This document shows, piece after piece, positions 37,442 through 64,000 of a stretch of DNA of 64,000 nt. Location: contig OZ218956.1 of assembly GCA_965112735.1 (NCBI GenBank), forward strand, positions 2,914,001 through 2,978,000, given 5' to 3'. This DNA is from Phaeosaccion multiseriatum. Its lineage: Eukaryota > Protista > Ochrophyta, other classes. The stretch's first letter is position 1. Every line of letters starts with the position of its first letter. The notes beneath the pieces are model-generated. The model made no database searches. It was not told where the DNA came from and worked only from the letters and a program-made list of their open reading frames with translations. Made by a program: the position numbers and the translations under genes.

Positions 37442-39157
37442 ATGGACTATGAACACCGTATGCTCGCGCCCGATGCCACGGAGGACTACCTCTGGATCGT
37501 GGTAGTCGGAGCCTTTGGTGCCTTTTTTGCTGCGTACGGCATCGGCGCGAACGATGTGGCGAACGCTTTCGCTACGTCTGTGGGCTCCAAGTCGCTGACC
37601 ATCAAGCAGGCCGTGGTGCTTGCTGCCATCTTCGAGTTCAGCGGAGCCCTCTTCCTGGGCTCGCACGTGGTGAAGACCATCCGCAAGGGCATTGCCGATG
37701 TGGAATGCTTTGAGGACAACCCGGGGGCCCTGATTTACGGTATGAGCTGCGTGGTGTACTCCACCGGCATCTGGCTGCTGCTCGCCTCCTTCCTGGAATT
37801 GCCCGTATCCACCACCCACTCCACGGTGGGCGGTATTGTCGGTATGGCCTTGGCTTTCAAGGGCTCGGGCTGCGTCGTGTGGTACGAGTCGACGGACACA
37901 TTCCCCTACATGAAGGGAGTCGCCGCCATTGTCGCCTCGTGGGGCATCTCGCCCCTCTTCTCGGGGGTCGCCGCCTTCCTGCTCTTCATTTTTGTGCGCA
38001 CCTTTGTGCTTCGCCACGAGAACTCGTACACCCGCTCCTTCTACTTCTTCCCCTTCCTCGTGGGCGCCACGCTCGTCGTCAACGTCTTCTTCATCATCTA
38101 CAAGGGAGCCAAGGGCCTGGACTTGGACGAGACCAGCCTCACTGACGCCTACGCGTATGCCTTCGGTATTGGCGGCGGCGTGGCCCTGCTCATGCCCTTT
38201 ACTCTCCTGCCCTTCCTTAGGAGGAAGATCGATGCCCAGTTCGAGCAAGAGGGATACGTTAACAAGTACGACACCTCGAGGGAGGGAACCAAGGTGAGCA
38301 GAGAAGAAGAAGAAGACGACGTGGGACCCTATGGAAGGACGGGAGTATTGCTATGTATGGCCCCAGCAAACTCGCGTTTCTGTGCTCACTGCCCTGTACT
38401 CTTGTCCTTGTGTGCTTGCTGCCCCTTTCTTCTTTTTGTTCAGGCCCTGGAGGAGGCACAAGCCGCCAAGGACGTCAGAGATGGGGTGGTATCGGGTGCG
38501 GGTGAAACCACGGGTGGCTACGTGGCCCAGCAGCTCAGCAACGACCCCCACGCAGTCATCAAACAGAGCGAATACGTGTCAAACATTCACGACAATGCCG
38601 AGAAGTTCGACCCCAAGGCCGAGGAGCTATTCAAGTATGTGCAGGTCTTCACCGCCATTTGTGACTCCTTCTCGCACGGCGCCAACGATGTGGCCAATGC
38701 CATGGGCCCGTTTACGGCCATTTACATCACCTTCAAGAACGGGGAGGTGGAGAGTTCAGCAGAGTCGGGAAGCGAGGGTTTCTGGATTCTGGCCCTGGGC
38801 GGTGTCGGTATTGTGCTGGGATTGTCTACTTACGGTTACAAGATTATCTCCGCCATTGGAGTCAAGATTGCCAAGATTACACCGTCCCGAGGCTTCGCCA
38901 TTGAGCTTGCCTCCGCCATTGTCATCATCATCGGCTCGCGCTTGGAGATTCCTCTGTCCACCACGCATTGCCAGGTGGGAGCTACCATGGGTGTGGCTTT
39001 GTTGGAGGGCAAGGGGGGTGTGAACTGGGTGGTCATCGGAAAGGCTGTGTTTGGGTGGCTCTTCACACTCGTCATTTGCGGATTCACTGCAGCCGCGCTC
39101 TTTGCGCAAGGATACTACGCGCCTTCACCGGACGGTGCCATCGACCTCGAGGCCTAA
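37442..39157 (+). CDS. PiT/SLC20 (PHO4 family) inorganic phosphate transporter; one in-frame intron 38294-38443
   Basis: Two PiT signatures (GIGANDVANAF, HGANDVANAMGP), PVSTTHS and PLSTTHCQVG motifs, and many TM helices. Intron AAG|gtgagc...tttgttcag|GCC. Confidence 0.95.
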   Translation: MDYEHRMLAPDATEDYLWIVVVGAFGAFFAAYGIGANDVANAFATSVGSKSLTIKQAVVLAAIFEFSGALFLGSHVVKTIRKGIADVECFEDNPGALIYGMSCVVYSTGIWLLLASFLELPVSTTHSTVGGIVGMALAFKGSGCVVWYESTDTFPYMKGVAAIVASWGISPLFSGVAAFLLFIFVRTFVLRHENSYTRSFYFFPFLVGATLVVNVFFIIYKGAKGLDLDETSLTDAYAYAFGIGGGVALLMPFTLLPFLRRKIDAQFEQEGYVNKYDTSREGTKVSREEEEDDVGPYGRTGVLLCMAPANSRFCAHCPVLLSLCACCPFLLFVQALEEAQAAKDVRDGVVSGAGETTGGYVAQQLSNDPHAVIKQSEYVSNIHDNAEKFDPKAEELFKYVQVFTAICDSFSHGANDVANAMGPFTAIYITFKNGEVESSAESGSEGFWILALGGVGIVLGLSTYGYKIISAIGVKIAKITPSRGFAIELASAIVIIIGSRLEIPLSTTHCQVGATMGVALLEGKGGVNWVVIGKAVFGWLFTLVICGFTAAALFAQGYYAPSPDGAIDLEA

Positions 39158-40094
39158 GCAGCGGGGGATGCTGGACTGTACACATACCAAATTAGAGAGG
39201 GGGGGATTGTCTTGATATATCATTAACTTTATTAGGGTCTGTGGGCTAACCTGTGTCCATTATGGCGGCAGGCACTCAAAAGCAAAATGATGTAATAAAA
39301 GTAGAAAAGCTCGACTACGAGGATGAAGCCGAGTTGAGCAAACTCTGAATCAAGTTGTGTTTATTAGGAGGAGGAGGGAAGGGATGGAGCAGACTTTTGA
39401 GCCTCGCAACTCTGAACCGAGATTGACCGACCTTCACCACCTTTTCGCCGCCAGAGCAGAGCCGCCGCCAGCAGCCTTCAGCAGCCTTCAGCAGCCTTCA
39501 GCAGCCTTCAGCAGCCTTCAGCAGCCCCCCTTCGCCACGCCATGACCCACAGCACGGGCTCAGAGTCTGCTCAAAGGCCTTTAAAGGTGGTTCAACGTGT
39601 GGTCAAACCCCTTCCAATCGATTCCAAAATCCATTCAGGGTTTGCTCAAATGGCTCCGAGGAGCCATTCAAACGCGTCATTAAGAGAGCCCACTCACCTC
39701 GGAGACACCTGAAAGGCGATTGGCGTTGTGCAGTGCCACTAATGCTACCACAGATTCGGAGGGTCTTGCTGCACTCCCCTTACCCACCCCTACCTGGGAC
39801 GAGTAACCAAAACTGCTCAACGGGGGAGAATGAGGGCCCTCTGGGCTGCAAGACACCCTTACGTAAGACCCGCATGGCCCTTACGTAAGGAACAGGAGTT
39901 TCAATTTGCTGGCCTTTCCCATTGCAGGACCATAGAACTGAACTTGATGGTTGCAGAAGCCAACGATGCCGGCATTCGACTTGTCTCGACGAGGGCAACA
40001 CGATGCGCATGTTCAAACTCGCTAAAACAGTAGTTTGGGGTGGAAGGTAGTACTCTTTTATCGACTCTTTTTTTCCCGTTTTAGTGATGGTTTG

Positions 40095-59282
<19,188 letters not shown>

Positions 59283-59490
59283 CCCTTTCTCTTTGCCGTG
59301 TTCCCTTACACAAGGCCACAGGTCCTGGAACCAGCGTGTATTCCTGCCGTTTCCCGCGGGATCGGTACGAGGAAGAGGGAGTTTAAGAGCTGTCCCTTTG
59401 GAAAACTGAAACTGTAGTTTGGATTTCCGCTGCCGCCTCGCCCCTGCCATCCACTCTTGAGCCAGTTGCAGAGAGATATAAAAGAGAACA
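59283..59490. promoter_or_regulatory. Putative compact bidirectional promoter between the IQ/BAH gene and ABC-F
   Basis: Divergent predicted ATGs only 208 bp apart. Positional inference only. Confidence 0.5.
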
Positions 59491-60251
59491 ATGGGTGTTC
59501 CCTCTGTGTTCAGGGCCCTCTGTGTGGCACTTGCAGCACACCATGCCGTCGGCCTGCTCTCTATGCCTGCGGGGGTTACAAGGTCCAGGGGAGTGGGAGC
59601 ATCTCGCCAAACTACACGTCATCCGCGTCATTGGACAACAACGAGTGGGCATGCAGGAAGGGCGGGGGCCCTGAGGATGTCGAGTACCACCACCATGGAG
59701 CCTGAGGTTGCTACTAAGGTCGCAGCTGTCAATCCCGCTTACGGTAAGCCAAGAAGGTCTCGGGTAAACTATTATTATTATCATGACGACTCCAAGCCAC
59801 TCACGTCTCGATGAGTCTGTGCGGTGGGCGCTGGACTACAGAGTGTTCCCGCGCCCATATCGTTTGTTGCCCCTTGCTCCAATAAGGCGTACTCGCTTGA
59901 TAGCTGTGGGCTCGCTTCCTTCTACACCCAGGCCTTGGTCCTTCCTCCCCCCACTCGCTTCCTCTCTCTCAGCCCCCCCCTCTCACACATTATTACCACC
60001 TTTTCTCTGTATGCTTATCCGTCCAGGCGACACGGCCGGCGCTATGATCAAGATGGAGAACGGGGTGTTGAGTCGGGGCGACACCGAGCTCATCGCCGAC
60101 ATGCACTTCACCATCATGCCAGGGGATAGGGTGGCACTGGTCGGGCAGAACGGCGCAGGCAAGAGCACTCTCCTGTCGGCCGTCGCAGGCATGAAGGTAG
60201 GAGGAGGGGAGAAAGAAGGAGGTGGTGGTGGTGGAGGTGGGGGTGGTGGTG

Positions 60252-60295
<44 letters not shown>

Positions 60296-61577
60296 AGACG
60301 AGGGGTTCTCCACGCACGGTGCACTTGACTCATCACCCCCCCCCCCCCCCGACTTTGCTGACTATCCTTCCACCCTTCATTCAGTCTCTGGACGAGGGCT
60401 CTCTGCGCATCAAGAACGGACAGCGAGTTGGGTACTTGATCCAGACCGCGGTGTCGGGGTCCACCAGGACGGTGTACGAGGAGGCGTGCTCACAGATGGA
60501 TCACATCAACGAGGCCAGGGCTGAGATGGACAAAGCCGAGGAAGAGATGGTGAGGGAGGGGAACAAGAGGGAGAACGAGGCTTAAAGTTTGGACTGTGTA
60601 GAAACGTCTCCATGGCTAGACTGCTCCGCCACAAGGGTCGCGGTCGGTTGTGGTGACAACCGCACTTTTCTCTCTCACTCATTCACTCACTCACACACAC
60701 GCACACACACTCAATCACTCTCACACTCACCCACTCACTCACTCACTCACTCACTCACTCACTCAACCCGTCTGCACAGGTGGCGGGTGTGGAGGTCGAG
60801 GGCGCCGATATCGCAGCCCTCATGGAGAAATTCACAGATGCGCAGGCCCAGTTCCAAGCAGTCGGGGGGCCCACCCAGGAAAAGACGGTGGCCGGGGTGC
60901 TGTCGGGCCTGGGCTTTACGGTGCCTGATCAGGAACGCAACGTTTCGGAGTTCAGCGGGGGCTGGCAGATGCGCATCGCACTGGCGAGGATGCTGCTATC
61001 CTCCAGCGACATGCTGCTGCTCGACGAGCCATCCAACCATTTGGATATGAAGAGCAAGCGATGGCTGCGCTCCTACCTGGCCAAGTACGACGGGACCATT
61101 GTGACAGTGAGCCACGACGAGGAGCTGCTGGAGGGGCTGGACCTGACCACCGTCATTGAAGTGCGCTCCAAGCGGCTCGAGTTCTTCAAGGGCTTCAACT
61201 GGAGGACCTTCAAGACCGAGAGGATTGAGAGAGTGAAGCGCGCACAGGCCCAGTACGAGCAGGAGCGGCGTGAGATTGCGCACTTGCAAAAGTTTGTGGA
61301 TCGATGGGGTGCCCAAGCCACCAAGGCCACGGCCGCGCAGAGTCGCGTCAAGCAAATCGCCAAGCTAGAGGCCAACGCCATCGCCAATCCGGAGGGAGAT
61401 TTGCGCATGTTTCAAGCGGCCATCAAGCTGCCCGCACCGCCCGCCTGCGCCGTGGAGCAGTTGGAGCTCAAGAAGGCAGCCTACGGGTGGGACGCGGACC
61501 CCATTGTCAGCGACGTGGACCTCAAGGTGGAGAAGGGCAATCGGCTCGCCATTCTCGGGCCCAACGGATGCGGCAAG

Positions 61578-61627
<50 letters not shown>

Positions 61628-63880
61628 CTCCTAGACGAGAGGAGAGGAGAGGCGAGGCGAGGCGCTGTGCCCGTGGTGGTCGTGTAGATAGTAGTTGAGC
61701 TGTGCCCTTGGTGGTCGTGTAGATAGTAGTTGATCCTCTCCCCTTGGTGGTCGTGTAGATAGTAGTTGATCCCCTCCCCTTGGTGGTCGTGTAGATAGTA
61801 GTTGATCCTCTCAACTTCCTTGCCCCCTCCTGACTCCGCCCCCCCAACCCCCCCCCTGCACTCTATCCTCTTCTCTCTTGTCTCTGTTTCCGTCCTCCCC
61901 TCCCCCTCACCCCTTGACTTATGCCCTTTAGTACCACTCTGAAGGCTCTGGCAGGCATGCTGGACATCAAGTCCGGTGAGCGCAAGGTGGGGTCCGGCGT
62001 CAAGATGGGCGTCTTCACGCAGGTGCGGTACTGTACGGTAGGGCACGGTGTGTTCTGTGGTATGTGGTAGGGGTTCTGTGTCTGTCGTCATTCGTGTGTG
62101 GTCTGTCTGTAGTTGGCGGTGGGCGTCCAGAAAGGCGTCCAGGGAGGTGTGTATGGCTCACCACCTTCTTGGCACGTTTGTTCGTTCGTGGGTGTGTGAT
62201 GTGACTCTCTCTCTCTCTGCCTGAATGCTCCGCTTGTGCGTGAAACTTGTGCTTGACGCTTGTGCATAAAATGGTTTTTGTGCTTGACGCTTGACGCTTG
62301 TGCTTTTTGTTGTTGTTGTTTCCTTTCCCCTCCTCAACAGGACCTGGCGCAGGATCTGCCTCAGGAGCGAGTGGCGCTGGACCTCGTGCTGGAGAGGGTG
62401 AGACAGCACGACGCTTCTTGCACTGACCAGGTAAGTCAGTCAGTCAGTCAGTCAGTCAGTCAAGCACTTGCTGTGAGTGCGCAGGACCCTCAAGCAAATG
62501 GAGGCGGGACCTGTGTGTGTGTGTGGTGGTGCTCTGCCGTGTTTGTTGCCTGTGAAAGGACGAAAAGAGGTTGTAACTTAGCACATCAGAAAGAATTGGT
62601 CCCCTTCGCGCTTTTCCCCTAAGCGACGCACATCTCCCCGCCCCACGTGCATGCATTCCCCTCTGCCCAGACACACCTCCTTGCCTTGCTTTGTCTCTCA
62701 CCAACCTATGCACCTTCTCGCCTTGCTCTTGTCTCCCCCCCCCCTTAATCTCGATAGGTTGCGCGCTCCACGCTCGGTGCGCTAGGCCTTACTGGCCCAA
62801 AGGCACTTCGCAAGATTGGGTGGCTGTCTGGGGGCGAGAAGGCGAGGGTTGCGCTGGCTATCTTCGTACTCATTCCCTACAACGTGCTGCTGCTGGACGA
62901 GCCCAGCAATGTGAGTCCCCTGCTCTGTCCATATTCCCATTCTGTCTCTTCTCTAGCTAGTAGGGCCGCCTTTCTGAACTGACTCTTCTCGGGACCGCTC
63001 GGCCCGTCAGAGCCCTCCCCCCCCCCCCCCGTTCTTTCCTCCCCATGTCATCCTCTGAGGGACAAAAAGAAAGACCCGTACCTGAACCCATTCCCTCTCC
63101 CCCCACCCACTCTTTTGTCCTCTTGCGATGTTGCTCTACTGGACGCCCAATCCAATCCAACCCCATCGTTGGCATTCACAGCACTTGGACGCGGAGACTC
63201 TTGACTCGCTGGTGAATGCCGTCAAGAAGTGGCCAGGCACGGCCATTGTGGTGAGCCACAACCAGGCCTTCGTAGAGGCCATGAGGGCCACGCATGTTGC
63301 CGTGGTGAAGCAAGGGAAGCTCCACTTCTACGACAGGCCTCCTGAGCCCGAAGATTGGATCTGGACGGGTGAGTGGAGGAGTGGGGACGGAGGGAGGGGA
63401 GGAAAAGGCACTCGACAATTCCTTGTACTTGCTTGTTTGTTTGTTTGTTCAGGTCAGCTTTGGCTGGGCATCTGACGGCCTGACGAACTCGAGCTTTTGT
63501 TGCTGTCATTTTTCTTTATTCTCGTTTTTGTTTTTGTTCTTGCAGAGGAAGCAGGCGGAGACGCTACAGCCACCATTGAAGCCAGCAAGGTGCCCGCAAA
63601 GGTGCTGACGAAGGAGGAGAAGAGGGCGGCAGAGCAAGAACGCAAGAAGATTGCCAAAATTCCGAGTCGCATTACACGTATCCAGAGCATTCTCGATAAG
63701 GTGGAGAAGGAAGTTGAAGGCTTGGAGGCGGACATGATCAAGGCGGGCACCGACCTCGACAAGACAATGGCGCTGTCTGAGAAGGCAGAGAAGAAGAAGA
63801 AGGAGGTGGAGCGCCTCTATTCGGAGTGGGACGAACTCGAGGCCGTGCTGGCTGAACAAGCGGGGGCTGACGCAGCTTGA
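59491..63880 (+). CDS. ABC-F family ATPase (YheS/Uup-like) with predicted bipartite plastid-targeting presequence; 9 exons
   Basis: Two NBDs: GQNGAGKST / FSGGWQMR / LLDEPSNHLD and GPNGCGKST / LSGGEKAR / LLDEPSNHLD. Inter-ABC linker FVDRWGAQATKATAAQSRVKQI, C-terminal coiled coil, no TM domain. N-terminus MGVPSVFRALCVALAAHHAVG-LLS followed by an R/S/T-rich stretch ending ALRM. Confidence 0.92.
61674..61808. repeat. ~36-bp tandem repeat x4 (GGTGGTCGTGTAGATAGTAGTTGA...) in an ABC-F intron
   Basis: Four visible copies. Confidence 0.9.
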
Positions 63881-64000
63881 TGGGAGGAGCGAGCGGAAGC
63901 TGGCCCCGCGGGGGTGACGGCCCGTACGCGCGCGCGCGCGTGTGTGTGTGTGTATGTGGGGGGGGGGGGGTGCAAGGTCTAGGGGCGCTCAGGCTGAGCA

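Overview
Eukaryotic, GC-rich, intron-dense nuclear DNA, most likely from a photosynthetic stramenopile (ochrophyte). The basis for that is a signal-peptide plus transit-peptide presequence on the ABC-F gene; the lineage call is inference. Most ORF-track entries are translated intronic microsatellites. Manual splicing (GT/GC-AG, phase-checked) gives 10 protein-coding genes: a membrane RING-H2 E3 ligase (5'-truncated), NTF2, a PHD-SNF2-PHD chromatin remodeller, a RING/B-box-calcineurin-A-EF-hand fusion, a REEP/HVA22-C2 fusion, an intronless ankyrin protein, a triple-RGS protein, a PiT/PHO4 phosphate transporter, a ~19-kb 32-exon IQ/EF-hand/C2H2/BAH gene, and a probably plastid-targeted ABC-F. 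Non-coding highlights: an exact 13-mer (GTATCACCAACTG) recurring 8 times inside microsatellites and mostly transcript-oriented; introns whose SSRs look like multimerised donor or branch sites or are mutually complementary; a 186-bp MITE-like element; and two GC-AG introns. No tRNA, rRNA or CRISPR array was seen. Exon boundaries were read by eye and may be off by a few bases.
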